From the NCBI GenBank assembly GCA_012295275.1, contig CM022666.1, positions 5,394,001-5,458,000 of the forward strand: a DNA stretch of 64,000 bases, written 5' to 3'. The position numbers and the translations under genes were made by a program. The notes beneath the pieces were generated by a model that was not told where the DNA came from, ran no database searches, and saw only the letters and a list, made by a program, of their open reading frames with translations. The DNA is from Chrysomallon squamiferum. Taxonomy: Eukaryota; Animalia; Mollusca. Positions 1 through 12,206 of the stretch are shown one piece after another (within the stretch, counting starts at the first letter, position 1; each line of letters starts with the position of its first letter).

Positions 1-451
1 CCTAGTAACTGCTTTATACATGAACCGACCTAAAAAATAATAAGAATATAAATAAAAAATTCGTATCGATGTTCATATTCATTTTCAACAACAATCACAA
101 CAACAGATTTATTTATTTATGACAACAATAATGAATTCATACTTTCTAAATTCGTCTAACAGTAATACGGTTAACAACTTCAACTAGTGAACTAGAGACT
201 TCTGAAAAGATCGAATCATATTCTCTACGAGCTCGCGCACAACTTCTATTCCTGTGTGACCTGAGTCATAAATAACAAAATCCAGTCAGTCCGGATTTGT
301 TATCTTACACGTAATCGGAATAAATAAGTATAGTGATCAGTTATTATTACAGGGCCAGGTATATGAATTCTCAGAAATATCTACCTGTGACAGAAGAATC
401 TTCTGTTTGTAAATGTCGCTTGTATCATGACTGTTGATTCAATCTGCCGAA

Positions 452-502
<51 letters not shown>

Positions 503-1603
503 ATGAGCGAAATAAAGTAAAATCAAATAAAAACAAAAATCAAATAAAATAAAATAAATGAAAATATTTTTTGAAATAAAATAAGTAAGAATACAAAACT
601 GTAAAAAAGTTAGATAAATAAATAAAGTAAAATATGCTGAATTAAAATTTAAAAATTTAAAAATAAAAAAAAAAAAGTGATAAAATAAAAATACAAAATG
701 ATAAAAGTAAAAGTAAAATAAATAAATACATTAAAATATATAAAAATAAATTAATTAATTAAAACAATAAAATAAATGAAATAAAATTATAATAAGATAA
801 AATAAAATAAAATATATAGAGTAAAATAAAAATAAACAAACAAACCATAAATAGATAAATAAATAAATAAATAAGTAAATAAATCAATCAATCAATAAAT
901 AAATAAGTAAATAAATAAATAAGTAAGTTCGCGTGCATGTGATAAATAACTGAATAAATTGCTATATTTAAAGCTGCACTTTAGAAGATAATAATATTGT
1001 ACTGAAAACAAACAGAAAATTAAGTTTCCCATAAACTCTTGTTTTATTTCCGATAACGCGTTGTCCTTCAAACCATATTTTGATTTGCTCTGAGAAAATA
1101 TAACCTTATCGAGACAATAAGATGCTTAGAATCAAAAATGAAAACAAAATTAATAATTAAAAGCTGCATAATGTTCGTAAATAAACTACGTGCATTTATT
1201 GCTGGTTGTTACTGTTGTAGTTCTTGTTATTATTAATATTAACATTGCTGTTGTCGTTCAGAGTTCAGCTGGAAAAAAGCTAAAAAACAACAATGAAAAA
1301 CCCAAACAAGAACAATAATAATAAAAACACACACACACACACACATACACACACACCGTGATCTATTTAAGAATGTTGCCCTGAGTTGTTTTTATGACAG
1401 AAACTAGACTACGTCAAGTACATGTGATGTAAATGATATGCAGTGTTTTTGAGGAGTGTCAAGTTAATGTAATAATTGGTGTCTGACCAAGCGTTGCCGA
1501 CCCCTGAACAGTAGCAGCGTGAATGAAGCAGCCAGAGAACTGAGATCACACGTTAGATAAACATTTCACAGACAGCGAGGTCACGTTACCTGTACATTTT
1601 TTC

Positions 1604-1613
1604 GGGACTTTCC
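1604..1613 (+). promoter_or_regulatory. Canonical NF-kappaB motif GGGACTTTCC
   Basis: Exact match to the classical kappaB decamer; function untested. Confidence 0.35.
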
Positions 1614-2077
1614 AAACAGCTATTTGTAAACACTGCTCGTATCCTTTTAAGTATGTGATATGAACACGGTTATAAAAGAGCAATATTTAACTTACTGCCT
1701 ATAAAGAATACAAATTATGCTGCATTAAATGAAAATTAAATCATGTCACTGACTGGTGTATAAGTGAAAAGTGAGTTGAAAAATGATCTCATTAATTTTA
1801 CTTGATATATAAAAAAGAAAAGAAGAAAATGATAAATGCAGATCAAGACATTTGACCAAGTGTTGCCGACATCTGAACACGTAGAGAAAGAGAAAAGAAA
1901 TGTCTCAGCAATCACAGGTTAGGTAAATATTTCACAAACAGCGGGCTTATTGTAGATCGAGTGAACACGTGGATAGTGCACTTCGAACAAGACGCCTAGA
2001 CGTCAGTTGTTTATAGTGAATAAAGCAGATAGTTAAATAAGATGTCAGTGTGTACATTTTTCGTGTACATTTTTCAG

Positions 2078-2104
2078 CGACGTCATTGTAGGCCGGGACT
2101 TTCC
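2078..2104 (+). promoter_or_regulatory. CRE-like CGACGTCA followed by canonical NF-kappaB motif GGGACTTTCC (2095-2104)
   Basis: Exact kappaB decamer about 10 bp from a near-palindromic CRE; function untested. Confidence 0.35.
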
Positions 2105-2995
2105 AAACAGCTATTTATAAACACTGCACGGATACTTTTAAGTACGTGATATGAACACGGTTGTATAACAGCAATATTTAACATACTGTCTATAAAGTAC
2201 ACAAATTATCCTTCATAAAATAAAATTAAATCATGTCACTGGTGTATAAGTGAAAAGTGAGTTGAAAAACATTCTCATTAATTTAACTTGATATTTAAAA
2301 AAGAAAAGAAGAAAAAGAAGAAAATTACAAATGCAGAAGAAGACATTTGTTTACATTTAAAGTAACTATCCAAGTAATAAAAATTATGAACAGGTGACCA
2401 GATGTATCTCTGTAGTCTTTATTTAACAACAACGACAGCAGCAAACAATACTAATTATAATGATGATGATGATGATGATGATTATAAATTTAATAGTAGT
2501 AGTAGTAACAGCAGAAGCACTTATATAAATAGTAGCAGTAGTGGAAAGAATAATACTAGTAATCATGATTATATAGTAATAATATAGCAGTAGTTATAAT
2601 AATGAAGATGATAGTGGTAATAAAGTTAATGATAATTATGATAGTCATAACAAAATTAACAATGATCATGATGATAATAGCGATAATAAAATTAAATTCT
2701 GAAATGCTTCTAAAAAGAAAATTCTTATTGTGATAAAACAAAAAAATGCTTTAATAGATTGTTTATTATGCGAATTGTACACGACATTTTAATTCTAACG
2801 TATATTTAAACATTTATTACTCTGATCATTTGAATGCATCAGTACATATTGTATAAAAAAATCCTTTTTAACTGGATCATCCACTTAACTTGAATTATTC
2901 ATTGTAAACTAATCAGTGAACATTTAACTTTCATCAGTTAATTTATATAGAAAACCAGTGATATTTAAATATTTATTCACAGAATACATCATATA

Positions 2996-3118
<123 letters not shown>

Positions 3119-3861
3119 AATTTTAACTTCTATACTGAGTATCAAAAAGGGATGCTAGGAAGCAAGGCTGCTTTGATCTGGAGATTTAAAGAAAAAAGAA
3201 AGTTAATATAATAATTGGTGTCCATGTTTTCAGTTGACAGGTCGGACTAAATTCCTCGCCGACCCTTGGACTACTGCGCAGTTAACTATTGCATGACCTT
3301 ATTCAGTGCAGAGTTCAGATGGAAAACAAAACACATCAAGAAAACTAAATTCGTGCCGACTCCTGGACTACTGCATGACTTCTGTTCACGTGTTCGGTAA
3401 GTGGTACTAACCAATATATGATACTACTATCACATCCCTGGAATTCTAGTGAAGGTTAAGGTCTGTGTACCAACAATGAGGGAACTATTAAGAATCACAC
3501 ACACACACACACACACAGTCACACACATTTTAAAAATATAGTCTTATGATTGCATTCGTTGTATTGCAAATGGCGTTTTTAACGTAGTTATTGCTTTGTT
3601 AGAAAACCGACTAGCATTTCGTTTAAAAAAAAGTAAAGGTATTAATTTATAGCAATAATAATTCATTCATAAGAATAACAACAGTCTGTTAGTAAAATTG
3701 TGAAACTGAATTTATAATAGTATTAACAATCTACTGTAATGCATTGATAATAATAATAGTAGTCTATTGTAATACTGTAATATTGCATTAGTATTAATAC
3801 GTTGTTATTCAAAATACTGGCAAGAATTCTATTAGAGTATCAAAAATGTTTTAAATAATAA

Positions 3862-3897
<36 letters not shown>

Positions 3898-4133
3898 ACA
3901 AAAGGATAATAAGAAAAGTAATAGTAATAACAAAACTAATTTCCAATAATAAAAAACAATAGTATCACAGCAATTTTATTTTATAATTCCATTGAATATA
4001 TCAAGTCAGATCCAATCATAAACAACCACAGTAGAACTGAGCAGTTATTTCATAATTCTTTGTGTTTTAAACTGAACTTAAATTTTCATCTCTCCCCTAA
4101 CAATTCCTTATTCAAGATGTTCGTGTGTTTCTC

Positions 4134-5856
4134 TCAGAGCATATACAGGCCAAAATAGGTTGACTCAGGATCTCTCAAAATTCTGTTCACAAGTGATGTT
4201 CTTACCACTACAGTGTCATTGGCTTTCAGGTAGTAAACAGCTCCAATGTAGGAAGCAGCAAAACGTTCATTGTCTCCTCGTACTTTGCATGTTGTTTGAG
4301 AATTTGTGTAGAGGACTTCATAATTTGGATATTTTTCAATTGAGTGATATGGCCGATAGTATTCAAGCTCTGTGATTTGGTTGGCATGGAATAAAACGTT
4401 GCTGTATATGAAGTAGTAAGCAGCTTCTTTGACTTGAATCCCGTCAGCGACAACAGCTGCAGCTCCTTTCACAAACGATCTTTTACCAGACGAAGTCCAT
4501 TTGATGAGAGGCTTCGGTGTGTCTGAAAAGTTTGTAAGAAGAAATGACTTTTAAATAATATTTATATTTTAGATTGTCAATAGTTCTAGTTAGTATTACT
4601 AATATAGTTGTATAGCTACTACAAACGCCTGCTATTATCTAGTTTACTACCATGACTGGTATTTTTGCTCTTAACACTGCTAATACTACTGTTATCACAA
4701 TTTGTACAATTATTGCCTAACCACTACTAATAACTAAGTGACACTTTTTAAGAAACTACGACTGTTTTGTCTATTTTACTACTACCAAATTTATTACATG
4801 CTCTTCTATTACTTCTACTACTGCTGCTGCTGCTGATACCACTACTACTACTATTTCCTTTCTTACTTTTGTCGTATTTTGCATTCACTTCCATTTGTAG
4901 ATGAGCCGATGTCTTCACGTTGTTTTTATTATTCAGACGATCAGCGACCTCTCTGATATGCTGAAGATTTTGTTCTGAAATATATATATATACACACACA
5001 TACATACATACATACATAGACATATATATAAACACACACACACAGACACACACACAGATAGAGACACACATAGCTGTAAACACATCTAGACTCGTACACA
5101 CGTATATACAAATTCATAATTATAAAAACGTTTGTGCATATTTAAATGTGTGGTTTGTGTTTCTCTGAATGTCTTTTTGTGGGTTTGTTTGTCTGTGTGT
5201 TTCTGCTTGTTTGTGTGTCTGTGTTTATGCGACTTTTTACGTATGTCTGTGTCTGTGTATGTGTCTGTGTTAACTTACCACTTTTCTCAGCTTTTGTATG
5301 ACTTTCACTCAGTTTCTAAAAAGAATGTTAATAACCGCTTTGAATCTCGTCCATTATAATTAGTTTTAAATTTAAAAATATTTTTCAGCATTATTAATGT
5401 CTCCTTTTCATAATTGAAATATCATTAAACATATATGAATATTTTTCCTTTTTGTTTTTTCACTTTTTCCTTTTAGTTTCAATTTCTTTTATAATCAACT
5501 TAAGTTTTTAATATTTTTATATATAATTTCATATTTTTTTTAATCTTCTATTTAATGTATTTATGGATCTTTTTAGAAGTTAAAACAGAATTTACCTTTT
5601 TCATAATTTCACTGATCACTTTTTCTCCATCCCTGTAACAACAATACGTGGTATTGTTCCTGGTTCTGTTCGTAGATTTGTCATCACAACAGTTTTCTCC
5701 TGGTTTGCACGAGATTTTCACACACAGTTCCTTGTCAAACAACAAGTTGGTTTCTCTGTTCAGAAATTCGTTTAATGTTACAGATACAATGAAACTGATG
5801 AGAATCAAGTTTAGTACCATAAGAGATATGGCAATGACTGGACGAAATGGTACCAT
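4134..5856 (-). CDS. TNF ligand superfamily member (TRAIL/TNFSF10-like), copy A; intact, 264 aa, 4 coding exons
   Basis: Coding exons on minus: 5856-5596 (MVPFRPVIAISLMVLNLILISFIVSVTL TM + Cys-rich stalk, donor AAG|GTAAAT), 5315-5279 (KLSESHTKAEKS), 4974-4867 (EQNLQHIREVADRL...KTSAHLQ, strand A motif), 4522-4134 (PLIKW...DGIQVKEAAYYFIYSNVLF...SYIGAVYYLKANDTVVV...TYFGLYML*). All introns GT-AG with phases 0/1/1; total 795 nt in frame. THD hallmarks: AHL, W, YxIYSxVxF, SxYxGxVxxLxxxD, TYFG. Confidence 0.93.
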
Positions 5857-6172
5857 TTTGTGTAAATACTTTTATTTCCTTTAGAAGTAGTCTGTAAAAC
5901 ATGAACAAAACAAAAGAAAAAATCAGTAATAAATAATAACAATAAAATGCACACATACGGACACGTACACAATATACATACACTTATATATAACATTATT
6001 TCAGCAAAAAAGTAATATGCACATGTACATACGCACAGACATAAAACTTTTAAAGAATGGTTAAATAAATAAATAAAATAATAAATACAATTAATATAAC
6101 CTATGAAATAAGTGAATTTATAATTTTATTTTAATATAGATAACCTATGAAATCAGTAAAACATTTACATAC

Positions 6173-6330
6173 CTAAATTAGGCTGATTCTGTGTTTATAA
6201 AGGAGTGAAGCACGTCTACGCTCTATAACAGGCTTCGTTGATTTTTATACCAGCGACTTTGAAAAGATCTTATCATATTGTCGGCATTCTCATGTGATCA
6301 TTTTTGATTGGCTAAGAGGAAATGTCGTCT
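6173..6330 (-). promoter_or_regulatory. Core promoter and non-coding exon 1 of TNF copy A
   Basis: Donor TTAG|GTATG at 6173/6172; TATAAAA on minus at 6249-6243; CCAAT on minus at 6311-6307. The exon 2 acceptor TTACAG is at 5893-5892. The block is conserved in front of all three copies. Confidence 0.7.
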
Positions 6331-7022
6331 GCTTAATTTGAGTTTAGTGCTTAATGTTTTTTCTTCTGTCGTATTTAGTTTTTCGCTATAGATTTCGTAT
6401 AGTCATTCAATATACTATTTTTCTTTTCTTTCTGTTATTGCTCTGTATAGTTTATTTATACTGTTATGCAGACATGCACAGTTACTCAACGGGGTGTTTA
6501 CTTAAGTGATAAAAGTGTTGGCTGTAATCAGTTATATCAAGATAAAAAGACACTTACGCGAACATAAAGCAAAGGGTGCATACAGATACTATTCAAACAA
6601 CAGACTATTCTATAAAAAAATAAATAAAAGAAGACTAAATGAAAAAAAATGACTTGCGCAGCATAAATATACAATGATTTCTACTTCCTTTTCCTTACCG
6701 AAATAATTTATTATATTATGTGTTACAGAGAGCTGCAGTTTAGAAGATAATAATCCTGTACTGAAAACAAACAAAAAATACGTAAGTAAAGTGTCAGAGA
6801 AATTGAGTTTTTATCCGATCACCTCTCACCCTTATAATCACACATTGCACGACTACGAGAAAACATAACCTTAACGACAGGATAACACATCTAGAATAAA
6901 ATGAAATAAAAAAGGTTTCGTGTAAACGTGATACATAATGTTCTTAAATAAACTGCGTGTACTTATTACTGCTGTTATACTGGTTGTTGTTGTAGGTCTT
7001 CTTCTTATTGTTATTATTGTTG

Positions 7023-7065
<43 letters not shown>

Positions 7066-8270
7066 TGTTGTCGTTGTTAATTAAAGAATACAGCAGGGTC
7101 GGCAACCTTTTTGAGAGAAGGGGCCTGACAGTGTTTTGCAGCAGAGTTAGTTAGGTTAACATGCATTGTGGAACATCTACAAAAGCATTTTATACACTCG
7201 TACATATTATGTATTATATATATTTAGTCAATCTTCGCAATTAACTGTTGCATGATCTTGTTGGAAAACAACAAAAAACCGAAGTAAAAATGGAAAAAAA
7301 AAAACCGAGTAATAATAAAAAAACAAATGCAAATAAGTCACATACTATTATCACATCCACAAACACACAGTGATCTATTTTAAGAATTTTGGCCGTTGTT
7401 CAGTTTGTTTTATGATAGAAACTAGACTACGCTAAGTGCATGTGATGTACGTGCATGAACAGAAACAAACGTAACAATTAAATATTAAATAGGTATTTTC
7501 TTATTTTTTATTCAATCGCTCTTCAATAGTCGAACACTAAATAAATGATAAAAAATTTAATCCAGAACCTCTACAACATCTAATTTCAAATGTCCTAATA
7601 CACTCCAGCTATGCGCTTCAGTATTATAACAATAGCTCACTGGACTCATGTTAAAAGTCACCAGTACATTCGTTATCTTTAAAAGTTGTCCTGCCCGTGC
7701 AATGTTTATAGATAGTTGTTTAACAAGCTCTAGAGATGACTGAAGCAGGTAGTGAAGTGAGATATCTCGGCAACAACACGGAACGTGAACATTGCCACAC
7801 TCAGCGATGTTATTGTACTTTGGACTTTGCATTTTCTATCACATGCGTCGATTTGCAAACAGCTATTTTAAACATTGCTCGGGCAGGACTACTTTTAAAG
7901 ATAACGACTGACAAGGTGATATTTGAAATGAGTCCATTGAGCTACTGTTATTATTAGTTAAATTATTGATTTATTAAATTAATCAATATTTTTGTGTATA
8001 GTTTTATTTATTTAATTTATAATTATTATTATTTAATCACTTATCCTTATTAATTATTAATTAATAAATTATATATAATTTTAAAAAACATTTATATATA
8101 TATACCTTCTCTCTATTCATCTTTTAACAGATCTGGTTTTGTCAGGCTAAGAATAATTTTTGAAACCAGCGAGGATCAGACAATGAAAGATGCATGAAAA
8201 GAAATTAAATTAAAACCTAAAAATATTACATTCTGATATTTCCTTCAGGTCATATTATGAAATAGATCGG

Positions 8271-8376
<106 letters not shown>

Positions 8377-8598
8377 CACAAGTGGAACACCCTCCTCAAT
8401 TTTTTAAACAAACGCGCCTGGAAAATCTCATTTGGTATCAATTGTTTTATATTTGCAATGACATCAGATTCTCCGAAATATTTAACTTCGAATATGTATA
8501 GAGATTTGTTTCCATAATCAATAAGTTAAATCAGAAATTTAGTTGCGTCATAATAAACTTTTCATTTTCGAAACAAATAATAATAATAATAATAATAA

Positions 8599-8629
<31 letters not shown>

Positions 8630-8734
8630 AAGAAGAAGAAGAAGGAAGAAAGAAAGAGAGAATGAAAAAAGAAAGACATATAAACGTGGATCATAAGGAA
8701 AAACAAAGGTTGTCATGGCCATCATCCTACGTCA

Positions 8735-9070
8735 TCATCGAAGATTTCATTGTCAGCATAATCATTTAGAATTTCATTGTCAACATCATCATTTAGAATT
8801 TCATTGTCAACATCATCAATCAGAATTTCATTATCAGCATCAACATTTAGAATTTCATTGTCAACATCATCAATCAGAATTTCATTGTCAGCATCAACAT
8901 TTAGAATTTCATTGTCAACATCATCAATCAGAATTTTATTGTCAGCATCAACATTTAGAATTTCATTGTCAACATCATCATTTAAAATTTCATCGTTAAC
9001 ATCACCTATCAGGATTTCATTGTCAGCATCATCATTCAAAAATTCATTGTCAACCTCATCATTCAGACTT
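8735..9070. repeat. 27-bp minisatellite (about 12 units)
   Basis: Unit GAATTTCATTGTCAACATCATCATTTA with variants; 9-aa periodic ORFs. Eroded inverted relatives near 47070-47250, 53040-53100 and 57900-58040. Confidence 0.88.
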
Positions 9071-9924
9071 TCATTGATGTTCTATGTACAATAGGCGTTC
9101 TTCTGCAGTGGATGTTCTGTATACAGTGAATGTTCTTCAGTCTATGTCCTATGTACAAAATACATTGGATGCTCAAGTACAGTAGACGTTCAGTGTACAG
9201 TGAATGTTCTTGTATGGTAGATGTTCTGTACACAATGGATATTCTGCTGTAGAAGTTCTGTGTACAAAGATATTTTTGTACAGCTGATATTCTATATATG
9301 TACATCTGTGCATGTTGTAAATGTAATTAATGTTATGTGCTCAATGATAATGAATATACCATGCATGGTGGTTTTTCTTTGTACAGTGAATATGTAATGT
9401 ATGTACCATTGATGGTTTGTGTTCTGTAAATCTGTACAGTGGATGTTCTACAAACAGTGTATATGTTCTAGGGATGTTCTATGTAAAGTGAATGTGTGCA
9501 GTATTCAGTGAATAAATATTTACATGCCACTGATTTTCAATATAAAGTGACTGATGAACGATATATGTTCACTGATTCGTTTATAATGAAAAATACAAGT
9601 TAAGTGGATGATCTTTATGCAGTCTCTGCTGTTTGCTACCCTCTACAGTGCAGTTGATGTTCATGCCGAGGTTGACCAAGTAGGTGCAGTACGTCTCATT
9701 GTGTACAAACTGCAGTGTTGTCAGCTGCTGCTGGTGTAGTTGCAGTGCACGTTCATGACGTTCTATATACGCTGCCATCCAGCTCTGGTACAAAGGAAGT
9801 TCCACTGTGTTTATTTGTTCTGCATGAGAAACAAGTCGACTGTTGAACATTTCAGCTTGGATATCTATGAATCCATTTTGAACTTTAAAGGAATTTATAT
9901 ATTTAGATAGACTGTATATTCTAC

Positions 9925-11290
9925 CATTCTAGGACAATTGACCCCCCTGGATAACTGCCCTCCATTTTTTCTTCTAGTAATGATTTTCAAACATAATGAC
10001 ATATATACATGTATACGGACAAGTTGTTTTCTAGAAATTCACAGTAGTCTGTCTATAGTTCTCTAGTAAAGCTTTGTACAGCAACAGTTCATTCACAAGG
10101 ACAGGTTCAACTATAACCATGTCTTCTTACCAGAGTTCTTTGACACTTTTCAGTTTTCGCACTTTTATGTTGTGTGCTCAAATGGTCTAGGACGTGTCGG
10201 TTTTCTCGCTATCTGACCAGAATCGACAAATGCAGTGAAGCTTCTCTGTATTTTTTATCAAGTACTTCCCCGCCAATCATTAAGTTTATTTCCAGTTCAT
10301 TAGTGCTCGTTCACTCTTTAAAATGTTTACAAACTTCCTGACATTCAGATGGTAGGTGCCAGTGTTTGACTGGAAGCAACTGATCAACCTTTCCACGAAG
10401 TTGTTAGTTCACACCAAATTCTTTTCCATCCTCTGGTGCATGTTTCACATGCCAACATTGTATCGTGGATCATGTCTGCGACCAGCTCTGCCATACTGGC
10501 AATAAATGAAGTTGTCCTCAAAATACTTCAGCGTCATCACCATCAGCTTCTGATAGTGCTTCAAAAGCTGCCGTTACTTCATCCACTGGAACGAACGCAA
10601 TTGCAGCTGTCTGACGGATCAGTAAAGCAAACTCTTCAACAGTATTGTAACGAACTGCCAGACTGATGAGTTGAATTTGGCTCGAGATGTATTGGCTGAA
10701 ATGAAAGAAGCATCCAGTCACAGTGCAGTTTAGCTTTACAGACGTTTTGCCTTCTTCCTTCACACTCGTGCGAAATCTATCCACCACTGAGTTCCTTCTC
10801 TCGGAGATACACATAGTTTTCGTTGGTAAGTTTTGAATGACAACGCTCTGGGTCAATGGACTTCATCTTATAGAATATAACATTGTTGCTACAATGCATG
10901 ACTTAATATACTGTTTAATTCATCACAATTATAAATCACTTGCCAAATCAAAGGAAGTTTTAGCATTTAATTAGCCTGAATCAGTAATTAACTGACTCTA
11001 GTTAGCTTTGATGTTAGATGATATTTGATTGGATGTTTTAGCAGATCAATGAATTCCAAATGCCTGTAATTAGCTGACTCTAGTTAGCTTTGATCTTAGA
11101 TGATATTTTATTGGATGTTTTAGCAGATCAATGAATTCCAAATGCCTGTACTCAAGTTTAATTAGTAATTAGCTGACTCTAGTTAGCTTTGACTAATTTA
11201 TTGAAATGTTGCTTGAAAATCATTCTGAATGGTATATTTGAGGAAAAATTGAAGTCAGTTGTCCAGGGGGCAATTAATCCAGGAGCAAGA
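9925..11290 (-). mobile_element. Degenerate Mutator (MULE) DNA transposon with transposase remnant
   Basis: Minus-strand 10860-10300 reads VTGCFFHFSQ...FALLIRQTAAIAFVPVDEVTAAFEAL and, after a frameshift and stops, M*NMHQRMEKNLV*TNNFVE...HLNVRKFVNILKSE. These are the MULE CxxH and RTNNxxE motifs. Imperfect inverted repeats: GGACAATTGACCCCCCTGGATAACTG (9932-9957) and CAGTTGTCCAGGGGGCAATTAATCC (11256-11280). Confidence 0.82.
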
Positions 11291-11339
11291 ATGTCAGTTT
11301 TCTAATATCCTGCACTGACTACATGGTATTTGCTATGCA

Positions 11340-12006
11340 GAATCTGTAATATTATATACTTTGATTTATAAATTACATGGTATGTAGTGTATTATAATGA
11401 TCTTTAATATTATATCCTTGGATATACACATTAATGTGTACATTTATACTCTACACTCCTTTATAAAATGATACACAGAATACAAGGTATCTGCATAATC
11501 TATCTTTAATAATATACACATTAATCTATGCACTCCAAACGCTACATCATAGGATGATACATAGGATGCATAACATTTGCTACACTGAATCAGTAATATT
11601 ATATTCTTGGATATATAAAATACATGGTATACATTACACTGGAATAACGTTTAATATTGAATCACTGGATAATTATAAACTACATGGTATGTATTATACT
11701 ATATTATATAATCTTTAATAGTGTACCGATGGATATATAAATTACATGGTATGTACTGCACTCTATTAATCTTTAATAGTGTCTCACTGAATATATAAAT
11801 TACATGGTATGTATTGCACTATAATAATCTTTAATACTGTGTCCCTGGATACATATGATATGTACTTTATTAATCTTTAATACTGTGTCCTTACATGGTA
11901 TGTACTGCACGCTATTAATCTTTAATACTGTATCCCTGGATATATAAATTACATGGTATGTACTGCACTCTATTAATCTTTAATACTATATCCATATAAA
12001 ATATAT
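11340..12006. repeat. Degenerate ~50-bp tandem repeat abutting the gap
   Basis: Recurrent TATAAATTACATGGTATGTACTGCACTCTATTAATCTTTAATACT. The same family occurs at 23100-23400, 24150-24440, 25150-25330, 29700-29880 and 53560-54240. Confidence 0.8.
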
Positions 12007-12206
12007 NNNNNNNNNNNNNNNNNNNNNNNNNNNNNNNNNNNNNNNNNNNNNNNNNNNNNNNNNNNNNNNNNNNNNNNNNNNNNNNNNNNNNNNNNNNNNN
12101 NNNNNNNNNNNNNNNNNNNNNNNNNNNNNNNNNNNNNNNNNNNNNNNNNNNNNNNNNNNNNNNNNNNNNNNNNNNNNNNNNNNNNNNNNNNNNNNNNNNN
12201 NNNNNN
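12007..12206. other. Assembly gap (200 N)
   Basis: Run of exactly 200 N; a fixed-size scaffolding gap, so the true length is unknown. Confidence 0.99.

Noticed and set aside
3975-4133. AU-rich element cluster in the TNF 3' UTR
   Set aside because: Only an isolated ATTTA and a candidate AATAAA (3980-3975) in very AT-rich DNA, and not conserved in copies B and C.
4160-4453. Overlapping alternative-frame and antisense ORFs across the TNF exons (also 5648-5884, 14193-14603, 37300-37497, 38978-39214)
   Set aside because: Shadows of the real TNF coding frames; their apparent conservation follows from the gene duplication.
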